NCBI GenBank assembly: GCA_963771355.1
Contig: CAVYTA010000005.1
Location: 896,001 to 960,000 of the forward strand
DNA: 64,000 bases
Source of the DNA: an uncultured Candidatus Rokubacteria bacterium
GTDB lineage: Bacteria > Methylomirabilota > Methylomirabilia > Rokubacteriales > CSP1-6
Direction of reading: 5' to 3'
Shown here: positions 40,024 through 51,182 of the stretch, piece by piece
Numbering within the stretch: position 1 is the stretch's first letter
Layout: each line of letters opens with the position of its first letter
Notes under the pieces: generated by a model
Seen by the model: the letters and a program-made list of their open reading frames with translations, nothing else
What the model was told of the DNA's origin: nothing
The model's database searches: none
Translations under genes and position numbers: made by a program

Positions 40024-40106
40024 GACGGCTCCGAGCATCTGCCCAAAGCCAACCAGGGTCAAGACGGGCCAACGCAGCTCAAGGCGGCGCCGCGTCGCCG
40101 TCGCGC

Positions 40107-41615
40107 TCAGGCGTTGATGTTGGCCTCGAGGATTGCCGGCGACACCTTCCAGGCGGCGGCCGGCTCCGCCTCCAGCCGTCGCTGCAAGGCCTCCAGCTCC
40201 CGCTTGAACAGGCCGAACGCCTCGGCTCCCGCGGCGTCCAGCGCGAGATAGCCGAAGTCCTGGAGCAGCGGCGCCCGACGCACGTGCAGGTTGAAGTTCG
40301 CGTTGACCAGTCGCTGATACACGTCGAGGGGCTCGCGCTGGCCGCTCCGGTAGACCCGCACCGGCTGGACGTGGGTCCACATCTGATAGTTCCAGAGGCC
40401 CGTGCCGAGGATCTCGTGCTCCACCGTCCCCATGTAGATGAACGCGGCGACCAGCCGCGCCAGGGAGAGCACCGTGAGCACGTCGCCGATCAGCGGCCGG
40501 ATCCCGCCGGGCACAGTGCGCTCGAGGGTCTCCGCCCAGGCCGCCACCGCGTGATCGCCGCGCAACGCCGCGTCGGACGCGTAGTAGAGCGCCAGGTAGC
40601 GCCGCGCGTGCGCGTGCATCACGTCGAAGTGCGCGGCGCGGTTCGCCAGGGCGGGCGTGTCGAAGCCGGCCCCGGCGATGCCCCGGCGCTCCGCGTCGCG
40701 GTGGGGGTCGAGCCCGGTGATGTCGTAGGCCGGCCAGGTCTCCGTGAAGAGCCCGCACATCCCGCGGTGGGTGAAGCTGAAGATCGAGTCGAACTCGCCC
40801 CCCGGGGACATCTGGCCCTTGGTCACGAGCTCGTTGCTGAACTGGGTCCCGAACATGTGGGGCCAGAGCAGGCGCCGCAGCGGGTGGGCGGCCGGCAGGC
40901 AGCTCCGGGTCGCGATGGCGAGGAGCCCCCCCGCGGCGAGGTGCACCCAGTTGAAGTGCCGCACCAGGGAGACATCGGTGGTGGCCGCGCAGAGCGCGAG
41001 CCGCGTCGCCAGCGACCAGCTCGCGTCCCCGGGCACGTTCGTCCCGAGCTCGCTCTCGATCCGCGCCGCCTCCAGGCGGCGGGCCCCCGCGTTCACGTTG
41101 AACAGCACCCGCACGCCCAGGGAGCGCAGGCCTTGATGGTGCTCGTGGCGGGCGAGCCGCCGCAGGTCCCACTGGAAGCCGCCCTCCGGCGCCCGCTCCA
41201 CGTAGCAGGCGTAGGGCCCCGCGACGGCGAGCGACCCCAGGTCCACGGGCCCCTGGTACTCGGGCGGCAGCACGGGAGCGGGAAGGCACTTACGGTGGGC
41301 GGGGGTGTAGGCCTCGTCCAGGGCCTTGTGCGGATCCGCGTCGATGGCGGGCAGTCCCGGCTCCATGGGCGAGAGTCCACCATAGAGACCCACCTGCAAG
41401 TCGTAGAAGCGGGACTTGATCGCGGACGCCTCGTCGTCGGGCACATGGTCGCCGACGAGAACGTTCGCCACCGGGATTCGCGGGAACTGACTGGCGAGGC
41501 TCACCGCCCCGAGCGTTCGCCCGTCGTCCTGCGGCACCGGGATCCGCACCGGCTTGTTCGCGCCGAGCTTCAGGACTGCGAGCTTGTTCCAGACCGCCTT
41601 GCGGACCGTCCACAT
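40107..41615 (-). CDS. Lipoxygenase family protein (catalytic domain only)
   Basis: HFNWVHL (HxxxxH), LPAAHPLRRLLWPH, YYASDAALRGD..VAAWA, TVEHE, C-terminal ANINA. Confidence 0.85.
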   Translation of the reverse strand: MWTVRKAVWNKLAVLKLGANKPVRIPVPQDDGRTLGAVSLASQFPRIPVANVLVGDHVPDDEASAIKSRFYDLQVGLYGGLSPMEPGLPAIDADPHKALDEAYTPAHRKCLPAPVLPPEYQGPVDLGSLAVAGPYACYVERAPEGGFQWDLRRLARHEHHQGLRSLGVRVLFNVNAGARRLEAARIESELGTNVPGDASWSLATRLALCAATTDVSLVRHFNWVHLAAGGLLAIATRSCLPAAHPLRRLLWPHMFGTQFSNELVTKGQMSPGGEFDSIFSFTHRGMCGLFTETWPAYDITGLDPHRDAERRGIAGAGFDTPALANRAAHFDVMHAHARRYLALYYASDAALRGDHAVAAWAETLERTVPGGIRPLIGDVLTVLSLARLVAAFIYMGTVEHEILGTGLWNYQMWTHVQPVRVYRSGQREPLDVYQRLVNANFNLHVRRAPLLQDFGYLALDAAGAEAFGLFKRELEALQRRLEAEPAAAWKVSPAILEANINA

Positions 41616-41625
41616 GGGGCGTGAC

Positions 41626-44430
41626 CTATCGCGCTTCCTTGAAGGCGCCGTCCGACTCGGCGCCGCGGCGCGGCTTCCACTCGAGCGAGTAGTATTCCCC
41701 GCGGTCACGGGCCCAGGGGTCGAACGCGTTGACCACGTGGTCCAGCTCCGGCGCCAGCTCGGGGATGGCCCGGAGCAGCACCCGCTTCAGCGGCGAGACC
41801 TCCATCTCGTGACCGTTGGGCTGGCCCTTCTCCATGCGCGAGTCGGGGCCGTTCTGGTTCACCCACTGCACGCCGAGGTGGGTGTAGAACTCCGGCCGGA
41901 AGCTGGAGGTGAAGAACCGGTCGCTGAACAGCCGGCGCGAGGCGTTGAGGATGAACACCTGGAACTGCGTCTCGGAGATGGCGAAGCCGTGGGGCCGGGG
42001 GAACTCCGCCAGCCAGCCGACCACGGTGTCGACGTCCTCGACGTTGTCGACGAGCGAGCCGTCGGGATGGCCGAGGCAATCGGTGATCCGGCTGCCGTCG
42101 GCGTTGACCTGCGCGTCGGTGATGACCTTGGACGCGTCGCACCGGTGCTGCCCGTAGACTTGCCGCAGCAGGCCCACCAGCCGCTCCTGCTCCAGCCGCT
42201 CGGGCGAGCCCTTGGCCAGGCGCGTGTCGACGAAGTCGTCGAAACGGGTGAGCTGGCGCAGCCCGTACTGCCGCCGGAACTCGTTGAAGCGCGGGACGCC
42301 GCGCTCGCGGTCCCGGATCAGGTCCAGCGCGGCGACGTCGATCTTGCCCGTCGCGCTCTGCAGCCGCGGCAGCTCGAGGTTCTGGAGGAACTGCGGGTGG
42401 TTCTGCAGGGTGAGGGCGCCCAGGCGCTGCCGGCCCATCGAGAGCGCCCAGCTCGCGAGCCCGCGCTCGCGCATCGCCTGGGTGGCGCGCCCGCGGAACG
42501 ACTCGACCACGGGGACCTTCATGCGCACCAGGTTGGGATCGGCGTCCCACTGCCGGTACTCGATCAGGTCGGGGACGAGGGCATGCAGGCGATAGACGGT
42601 GACGAACTCCTCCGGGAAGTTGAACGGCGAGCCGAAGTGGTTGACCCCGCCGTTGACGTGCTCCGGGTTGGCCAGGCTCCAGGGGGCGCCGTCGGTCGTC
42701 TTGCCGCTGCCCAGGCCGAAGATTCCGGGCCCGGACGCGAAGACCGAGTACCACTGCGTGGTGGCCTTCTCGTCCGTCGAGGTCCCGAGGCGGGCGGTGA
42801 TGCGCTCGAGCGCCCGCTCGACGAGCTCGCGGCCGCGGAAGAGCCCGTGCCAGTTGGCGTTCATGCCCAGGTAGAGTGGCTCGTCATAGAGGAGCTGCGG
42901 TGTCCATTCGGTGGTGTGGATCTTGGCGATCCCCGCCGAGACCACGAGCCGCGCGACCTCGAAGAGCTCGTCGGCGGTGATGTCCCGATAGCGGATGACC
43001 AGGGCCGGCCGGTCGGGGTGGCGGAGCCCGGAGTCGGCATCAGGCGTCGCCGCCGCCTGCGTGCGGAAGGCGTCGACGAAGAGGTTGTGCTCGCGGGCGA
43101 ACACCGTGTGGTAGAAGCTCATCCCGATCGTCCAGTTGTCCGGGAAGCCGGTGGCCTCCTGGCCCGCCCACTGCGGCAGCATGGGATCGGACGGCTCGAG
43201 CAGCGGCAGGTAGCCCTGCCGCTCACCCGCGCCCGCCCGCTGGCCGAGGGAGACCAGCAGGAGCTTCGCGGCATCGCTGGGCGCGCGCTTCACGCGGCGG
43301 CGGGATGTCTCGTCGTGGCCGTAGATCTGCGAGGCGTCCCACCACGCGGTCACGTTGTTGTGCGTGGTCCGGTATGGCCGCGCCAGGTGCTCCTTGCCGC
43401 CGTGGCTGAAGGTCGCCGGGTCGCCGCTCTCGGCGATGAGCGCGGGGTCCACGCGGTCGCCCGGGCGACACCCCTGCGACGCCGCCGCGCAGCCGACCGC
43501 CATCGTCCCCGGCCCGTTCCGTCCCTCCTGCAGGTGGGAGAACCAGTCGTGCGTCATGAACTGGATCCAGAACGCGGCAAGCACGTTGAAGAACGGCGCC
43601 TTCTTGTAGTCGCAGTGGGCGTCCGCCGGCGCGCCCGGCAGGCCGTGGCCCTCGCGGCAGCGCTCCGGCTGCGACTGCGCCCGCGTGAAGAGCGTGCGGC
43701 TGATCACCTGCGGGTCCGGCGTGAGCAGACCCAGCCGATCGCCGTGGCGGTTGCGGGCGAGCGCGTCCTTGCCCAGCTCGGGGAACGTCGCCTCGAACTG
43801 CACGTTGCGGGCGAACGGCTGCTGCGACGATCCCATCAGCGGGTTCGTGATGTCGTTGCAGAGGCCGGTCAGGTGGCGGAAGCGGATCTGCTCACTTCGG
43901 CACACTTGCGTCCCGTCGCCGCCCACCGCCTCGTAGAGCGCGTGCCCCTTGGGAAGCCGCATCGCGGGCCAGACTTTCAGCGCCCGCCCGGCCACACCGT
44001 CGCGCCCGCGCACATAGTCCGGGTACGTGCCGCTGCTGTCGAACAGGTTGAACTTGATCAGCTCGATGCGCTGATACTCGAGATCGAGGAGCGCGCCGTC
44101 GATGCCCCGGCCGTCGGCGTCGAGGTGACCGGTCCCCGATCCGGGGAAGCGGCTGCCCGCGTCACCCGTTGCCCAGTAGCTCTGCCAGTCGAGCCAGGGC
44201 ACGCCGCGCCACGCCACCGCCCGCTCGCCGCCCCGGCAGCGCGCGGTGTCCTCCTGGACCTTTCCGAGGAATCGCTCGGCGCGCTCCTCGCCGATGGGAC
44301 GAAGCCCGCCCAGCGCCAGCCCGAGGCAGGCATCGATGGTTTCCCGCTTGGCGGCACAGCCTGCGAGGGTTACGGCGACGGTGAGGGTCGCCACGAGGCC
44401 GGCGACGGCGGGCGAGCTGGACAGGAGCAT
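41626..44430 (-). CDS. Heme peroxidase-cyclooxygenase superfamily protein (alpha-dioxygenase-like), putative lipoprotein
   Basis: LAGC lipobox; WIQFMTHDW, WWDASQIYG, KIHTTEWTP, EEFVTVYRLH, DRERGVPRFNEFRR, SRRLFSDRFFT; AGGAGGT RBS. Confidence 0.9.
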   Translation of the reverse strand: MLLSSSPAVAGLVATLTVAVTLAGCAAKRETIDACLGLALGGLRPIGEERAERFLGKVQEDTARCRGGERAVAWRGVPWLDWQSYWATGDAGSRFPGSGTGHLDADGRGIDGALLDLEYQRIELIKFNLFDSSGTYPDYVRGRDGVAGRALKVWPAMRLPKGHALYEAVGGDGTQVCRSEQIRFRHLTGLCNDITNPLMGSSQQPFARNVQFEATFPELGKDALARNRHGDRLGLLTPDPQVISRTLFTRAQSQPERCREGHGLPGAPADAHCDYKKAPFFNVLAAFWIQFMTHDWFSHLQEGRNGPGTMAVGCAAASQGCRPGDRVDPALIAESGDPATFSHGGKEHLARPYRTTHNNVTAWWDASQIYGHDETSRRRVKRAPSDAAKLLLVSLGQRAGAGERQGYLPLLEPSDPMLPQWAGQEATGFPDNWTIGMSFYHTVFAREHNLFVDAFRTQAAATPDADSGLRHPDRPALVIRYRDITADELFEVARLVVSAGIAKIHTTEWTPQLLYDEPLYLGMNANWHGLFRGRELVERALERITARLGTSTDEKATTQWYSVFASGPGIFGLGSGKTTDGAPWSLANPEHVNGGVNHFGSPFNFPEEFVTVYRLHALVPDLIEYRQWDADPNLVRMKVPVVESFRGRATQAMRERGLASWALSMGRQRLGALTLQNHPQFLQNLELPRLQSATGKIDVAALDLIRDRERGVPRFNEFRRQYGLRQLTRFDDFVDTRLAKGSPERLEQERLVGLLRQVYGQHRCDASKVITDAQVNADGSRITDCLGHPDGSLVDNVEDVDTVVGWLAEFPRPHGFAISETQFQVFILNASRRLFSDRFFTSSFRPEFYTHLGVQWVNQNGPDSRMEKGQPNGHEMEVSPLKRVLLRAIPELAPELDHVVNAFDPWARDRGEYYSLEWKPRRGAESDGAFKEAR

Positions 44431-44467
44431 GGGGCACCTCCTACTTCGGGTCGGAGCGGCTGCGGAG

Positions 44468-44546
44468 ATTCTATACTCGGGCGGAGGAAAGCGTGTCATC
44501 GCCGGTCGAACTTCGGGCGCTCGACCCCGCCCGGGTGCGCTAGGAT
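44468..44546. promoter_or_regulatory. Divergent promoter region
   Basis: Minus-strand TAGAAT (44468-44473) upstream of the dioxygenase RBS; plus-strand TAGGAT (44541-44546) 6 nt before the TauD ATG. Confidence 0.5.
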
Positions 44547-44552
44547 CGCCCC

Positions 44553-45404
44553 ATGGTCGAGGTGCGGCGACTGGGTCCCCAGGTCGGGGCCGAGGTGCGG
44601 GGCGTCGACGTCCGGACGCTCGACGACGCCGGGTTCGCGGCGGTCTACCGCGCGTGGCTCGACTGCAACGTCCTCGTGATCCCGGAGCAGGACCTCGCGA
44701 TCGAGGACTTCCTGCGCTACAGCCGCCGCTTCGGGGTGATCCACCCGCACCCCTCGAAGATGACTCGACACCCCGAGCATCCCGAGATCACCCTGCTCGG
44801 GGTGGACAAGTTCGGGCCCGACGGCGCGCTCGACATGGCGATCTACCGGCGGGGCGCCGAGGGCTGGCACACCGACGGCGCCTACGACGAAGAGCCGTTC
44901 AAGGCCACCCAGCTCTACGCCCTTGCGGTGCCGAGCCGGGGCGGCGACACGCACTTCGCCAGCATGTACGCGGCGTACGACGCGCTGCCCGCGCCGCTGA
45001 AGGCGCGCCTCGAGGGCCGGCGCGGGGCCTTCACCTACGGCGGCCGTAAGAAGGCCACCGCCCTGCTCGACCAGGAGGACCGTGAGTGGACACCGGTCCA
45101 CCACCCGATCGTCCGGACGCACCCGGAGACCGGGCGGAAGGCGCTCTACTTCGATCCCGGCAAGATCCTGCGCATCGAGGGGGTGGAGGCGGCCGAGAGC
45201 GACGCGCTCATCGAGGAGCTCACCGAGCGCATGATCCAGCCCGGCGGCGAGTACACCCACCGCTGGCGCAAGGGAGACGTCGTCATCTGGGACAACCGCT
45301 GCTCCTACCACAAGGCGGCGGGCGACTACCCGCCCGAGGAAGACCGCATCCACTGGCGCGTGTCCATCAAGGAAAGCCCGGGCCCCTCGAGCGCAGCCGC
45401 CTGA
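44553..45404 (+). CDS. TauD/TfdA family 2OG-dependent dioxygenase
   Basis: WHTDG, GGDTHFA, HPIVRTHPETG, WDNRCSYH. Confidence 0.92.
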   Translation: MVEVRRLGPQVGAEVRGVDVRTLDDAGFAAVYRAWLDCNVLVIPEQDLAIEDFLRYSRRFGVIHPHPSKMTRHPEHPEITLLGVDKFGPDGALDMAIYRRGAEGWHTDGAYDEEPFKATQLYALAVPSRGGDTHFASMYAAYDALPAPLKARLEGRRGAFTYGGRKKATALLDQEDREWTPVHHPIVRTHPETGRKALYFDPGKILRIEGVEAAESDALIEELTERMIQPGGEYTHRWRKGDVVIWDNRCSYHKAAGDYPPEEDRIHWRVSIKESPGPSSAAA

Positions 45405-45408
45405 TCCC

Positions 45409-47145
45409 TCATCCGCGGCATCCGCCCGGCACCCCGAGCGGCTGCCGTCCCCCTGGTCGTATCCACACCTGCCCGTTCCGGTACCGGTTGATGGTCCAGT
45501 CATCGACGACGCAGACAAACCCCGCCCGGCGCGCGTAGTCGATCAGCGCGGCGTCCATGGGCGGGTTCCAGTGGAAGCGAAAGGGACCGAAGCCGCCCAC
45601 GATCGCGGCGGGAGGCGAGACGGCGAACAATGTGTCGAGCGTGGCCGGCCCCACCCCGCGCAGCTTCGCTACCCGTTCCGCGGAATAGGCGTCCGCGCTG
45701 CGAAAGAAGAAGGGGCCCGCGGCGAATTCCGGGAGCACGCGATTCACGTCCATGACGACGATGGGAAACAGCGTGGCGACGTGCCCCGCCACGCCGTGCT
45801 GCGCGAGGATCTGCGCAATCCAGACGGCGCTGCGGTGAGTCTGGATGCCCGTCCAGTGATCCAGGTCCGCACTCCGCACGAGCAGGCGACCGTAACTCTG
45901 GAAAGCCGGGACGGCGGGCGCGAGACTGACGATCAGCAGCGCCGCCGCCAGCCATCGAGGAAGGCCGGGTCGGGCCGCGGCATAGGCGCGTCCCGCCAGC
46001 AAGGTGCCGAGCGCCGCCACCGGCGCGAAATACATCGCAAACGGGCCGACCAAGGTGGCGAACGTCAGGGCGCCTCCGAACAATCCCGCCAGCGCGATCG
46101 TTCGCGCGTCCCAGTGGCGTGGACGCCAGTGCTCCCGAAACCCGCGGCGGGCCAGAACGATCGCGGAAAAGGCGAAGATGCAGAGGATGGTGGCGTTGCC
46201 GTGGCGGATCATTTGTCCCGGCAAGGACCTCACCTTGCGCTCGAGGGTCAGCAAATCGCCAATACCTTGCGCGCGATACCAGTCATACCCCGCGGTCAGG
46301 TGAAACTGCAGCGTCAAGAACACGAAGCGGTCCTGGTGGACCACCAGGTAATAGATCAGCGGGAGTATGGCCAGGGTGGCTCCGGCCAGGAACGATCCGG
46401 TGCGCGGGGCGCGAAAGGGCCGATTCGCTTCGCGGCGGACGTACTCGTCGTACAGGAAGGTGGCGGCCAGCACCGGGGCGGCAAAGAGATACGTATACTT
46501 TGTCGCCGCCGCCAGCGCCACGAAGAAGCCCCCCGACATCGTCCGGGCGGCGCTCTGCGAGATCGCGCCATCCGCGCCGAGACAGAGCCGCAGTCCCACC
46601 AGCAAGAAGACCAGCGGCATGATGTCATTCCGGGAGTAGACCAGGGGACCCTTGGTGAACGGAGACGTCGCGAACGCGAGGACCAGCGCCAAGGCGCCGA
46701 CTCGACCGGTCCCGCAGGAGCGCAGCAGGGAAAAGAGTAGCGCACAGGAGCCGAACGCCAAGAGCCAGGTCACCACACGCGCGGCCAGCAGGTACCAGCC
46801 GTCGAGCGCGTCGAAGACCACGCCCAGGATCCAGGTGTAAAGCGGGGGTTGAAAGGAGATGAAGTCGCGATACACGGACAGCCCCCGCGCAAAATATGCG
46901 CCCGCCACGTACTGCTCCTCGTCGTAGTTCAACCGTGTCGTCATGGCGGCCGCGAACAGGACCACGGCAAGGGCGACGAAGGCAGCGGTGAGCGCGAGGC
47001 GGGTGGCGAGTCGACTCTTACCCCACTTAAGCGTTACGCGGATCCATTCCGACCACCGGGAATCAAGAAAATCAATGCCAGTGGCGGCCAGACGCGGGAG
47101 AAACACGAACCCCACTATACTCCGCGATCTGCCGGCGCCCATCAA
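45409..47145 (-). CDS. GT-C fold membrane glycosyltransferase-like protein (ArnT/PMT-like); start uncertain
   Basis: Multi-TM protein; NYDEEQY after the first TM, YRDF..FQPPLY, AAATKY. Confidence 0.65.
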   Translation of the reverse strand: MMGAGRSRSIVGFVFLPRLAATGIDFLDSRWSEWIRVTLKWGKSRLATRLALTAAFVALAVVLFAAAMTTRLNYDEEQYVAGAYFARGLSVYRDFISFQPPLYTWILGVVFDALDGWYLLAARVVTWLLAFGSCALLFSLLRSCGTGRVGALALVLAFATSPFTKGPLVYSRNDIMPLVFLLVGLRLCLGADGAISQSAARTMSGGFFVALAAATKYTYLFAAPVLAATFLYDEYVRREANRPFRAPRTGSFLAGATLAILPLIYYLVVHQDRFVFLTLQFHLTAGYDWYRAQGIGDLLTLERKVRSLPGQMIRHGNATILCIFAFSAIVLARRGFREHWRPRHWDARTIALAGLFGGALTFATLVGPFAMYFAPVAALGTLLAGRAYAAARPGLPRWLAAALLIVSLAPAVPAFQSYGRLLVRSADLDHWTGIQTHRSAVWIAQILAQHGVAGHVATLFPIVVMDVNRVLPEFAAGPFFFRSADAYSAERVAKLRGVGPATLDTLFAVSPPAAIVGGFGPFRFHWNPPMDAALIDYARRAGFVCVVDDWTINRYRNGQVWIRPGGRQPLGVPGGCRG

Positions 47146-47181
47146 AGTGGGCGTCGTGGAGCGCGTGAACCGCCCCGGCGA

Positions 47182-48534
47182 CTACCCCAGGAAGTCGCGG
47201 CAGAGCTCTTCCCACATCATGGCGGACAGGCGCAGGCTCTCCGTGTCCACACGCTCGTTGTGCCCGTGGAACATGATCGGGTACTCGGTGTAGGGGATAC
47301 GCGTGGAGTGCAGGCCGAAGCCGTAGGCGGGGATGCCCTTCCAGCGAAAGAAGCGCGCATCGGTGCCACCGGTGGTCATGGCCGGCACCACCGTGCTGCC
47401 GGGCATGAGCGTGCCGGCCACGCGCGACATGGCCCGCATGATCGGCGTGTCGAGGGAGGAGAGTGAGCCGCCGCGCCGCCGGTTGGGCGGGGTGTCGATG
47501 GTCACGCGGTCGGCGAGATCGCCCATCGCCTCTTTCAACATGGCCTCCACCTCGTCCGACGTGATCCCGGGCAGGGCGCGGATGTCCACCTGGATCTCGA
47601 CTCGATCGGGAATCACGTTCACCTTGCTGCCCCCGTGCGCCACGTTGGGCGAGAACGTGGTGTGGGTGCAGGCATGGGCCTCGCGAGCGAGGGTGGCGTT
47701 GTCCATGTCGCGCGCGGCCTTCCACACCCGATCGGGATCGACGAGGGCGGCGGTGAGGTCGGGGTCCAGCTCCAGCGCGGTGATGTAGTTCTTCCACGCA
47801 TCCAGGATGCGCGCGGCCGGCCGGTAGTCGGCGATGCGCTGGATGATGATGGCCGCGGTGACCAGCGCATTGTCGGTGCGGAACGGACGCGAGCCATGCC
47901 CCGGGGTGCCGTGGACGACCAGGCGGCGCCAGTTGCCGCCCTTCTCGCCCACCGACACGCGCAGCTTGTACCCCGAGGGTGTCGGGATGGGCACGCCGCC
48001 GCTCTCGGTCACCACGTAGTCGCACTTCACCGCGTCGAACTCGTGCTCGACCAGGTGCTCGGCGCCGTAGACGCCGCCCGCCTCCTCGTCCGCGACCGCG
48101 AGATAGATGAGCGTCCCGCGGGGCCGCCAGCCGGTGGTGCGCAGCCGGCGCGTCGCCACCGCCATGGTCGAGGTGAGGTTGAGCATGTCGATGGCCCCGC
48201 GCCCCCACACCACGCCGTCCACCAGCTCGGCGGCGAAGGGATCGCGCTTCCAGCCCGACGGGCTCACCGGGACCACGTCGGTATGCCCCATGAGGAGCAG
48301 GGTGGCGGCCTTGGGGTCACTGCCCTGGATGCGCGTGATGAGGCTCATGCGCCCCGGGGAGGATGTGTAGCGCTCGCAGGACAGCCCCGACCCCGCGAAG
48401 TAGCTCTCCAGCGCATCGCAGCTCCGCGACTCGCCCCCCGACGATTCCTCGCCGGTATTCACGCAGGCGTTGCGGATCAGCGTGCGGAGCAGCTCGGTGG
48501 ACTCGGTCTCGATGGTGGCTTCGGTGGTGGGCAT
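47182..48534 (-). CDS. M20 family metallo-hydrolase (ArgE/DapE-like peptidase/amidohydrolase)
   Basis: GHTDVV, WGRGAIDM, ADEEAGG, GHGS, GGTDA, HGHNERV. Confidence 0.9.
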   Translation of the reverse strand: MPTTEATIETESTELLRTLIRNACVNTGEESSGGESRSCDALESYFAGSGLSCERYTSSPGRMSLITRIQGSDPKAATLLLMGHTDVVPVSPSGWKRDPFAAELVDGVVWGRGAIDMLNLTSTMAVATRRLRTTGWRPRGTLIYLAVADEEAGGVYGAEHLVEHEFDAVKCDYVVTESGGVPIPTPSGYKLRVSVGEKGGNWRRLVVHGTPGHGSRPFRTDNALVTAAIIIQRIADYRPAARILDAWKNYITALELDPDLTAALVDPDRVWKAARDMDNATLAREAHACTHTTFSPNVAHGGSKVNVIPDRVEIQVDIRALPGITSDEVEAMLKEAMGDLADRVTIDTPPNRRRGGSLSSLDTPIMRAMSRVAGTLMPGSTVVPAMTTGGTDARFFRWKGIPAYGFGLHSTRIPYTEYPIMFHGHNERVDTESLRLSAMMWEELCRDFLG

Positions 48535-48535
48535 G

Positions 48536-49489
48536 CTAGGTCCTCCGGGGGCTGGCGTCGACGGCGGGGCGGATCTCGCGGGCGAAGCGTTCGAAGATCG
48601 CCACCATGTCGTCGAGGTCGCGGTAGCGGGCTTCCAGGAGGAAGGAGCCGACCCCGAGCTCCCGGTAGCGTCGGATGTCGGCGACGATCTGGTCGGGCGT
48701 GCCCTGCAGCGGCTTGCGGTCGGCGCCGCCGGGCGTGTCGCGGAAGGAGAGCCCCACGCGGAGTGTGATGGCGAGGTCCGCGAATTCCCGGTTGCGCTTC
48801 GCGCACTCCTCGCGGAGCCGCGCGATGTCGCGCTCGAAGGCATCCGGCGGCGTGAACGCGGCGTGCCAGCCGTCCCCCAGCTCGGCCACCCGGCGGAGCG
48901 CGCGTGGGGTATGGCCGCCCACCCAGATGGGGATGGCCTTGCGCGGCGGCGGGGGCACCACGCCGATCTCGTCGAAGGAGAAGAATTCCCCCTGATAGCG
49001 CGCGCGCTCTTCCGACCAGCAGGCGCGCATGATGCGGATGGCCTCGTCGGACCAGGCGCCCCGCCGGTCGTAGTTGCCGCCGAGGATCTCGATCTCCTCC
49101 CGCATCCAGCCCACCCCCACCCCGAGGATGACCCGGCCCTCGGCCAGGTGGTCGAGCGTGGCCAGCATCTTCGCGGCGAGCACGGGATGCCGGTGCGGGA
49201 GCACCAGGACGGTGGTGCCGAGCTGCGCGCGCTCGGTCACGCCGGCCACCAGCGCCAGGGTGGTCAGCGGCTCGAGGAACGCGGCGGTCGGCGGCAGGGG
49301 GAACTGGCCGCTGGGATTGTAGGGATACTTCGACTTGATGGTGTAGGGGAGCACCACGTGATCGCTGGCCCAGAGCGACTCGTAGCCCAGCGCTTCCATC
49401 TTCCGCGCGAAGGCCAGGACATTGCCGCGGGTGGCGATGGGGCCGAATACCGGCAGGTGGCAGCCGAAGGTCAGCGGGGCGGCGGGCAT
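48536..49489 (-). CDS. LLM-class (probably F420-dependent) oxidoreductase
   Basis: GYESLWASDHVV, AKMLATLD, GVGVGWMREE, PIWVGG, GDGWH. Confidence 0.88.
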   Translation of the reverse strand: MPAAPLTFGCHLPVFGPIATRGNVLAFARKMEALGYESLWASDHVVLPYTIKSKYPYNPSGQFPLPPTAAFLEPLTTLALVAGVTERAQLGTTVLVLPHRHPVLAAKMLATLDHLAEGRVILGVGVGWMREEIEILGGNYDRRGAWSDEAIRIMRACWSEERARYQGEFFSFDEIGVVPPPPRKAIPIWVGGHTPRALRRVAELGDGWHAAFTPPDAFERDIARLREECAKRNREFADLAITLRVGLSFRDTPGGADRKPLQGTPDQIVADIRRYRELGVGSFLLEARYRDLDDMVAIFERFAREIRPAVDASPRRT

Positions 49490-49495
49490 GGGAGA

Positions 49496-51088
<1,593 letters not shown>

Positions 51089-51182
51089 GCCGGGTATCCG
51101 GGGGACGGTCCCGCTGGGTTTCGCGTCGCGGCGATCATGGGAGGCGGCCCATTCTAGCGGATCGCGGCGGCCCCGGAAAGCG

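Noticed and set aside
36055..41289. 1744-aa giant ORF
   Set aside because: Chimera of an off-frame LOX segment, the MetE/methyltransferase gene, an off-frame amidohydrolase segment and the ModA-like gene, joined by the ~38200 frameshift and the scarcity of stops.
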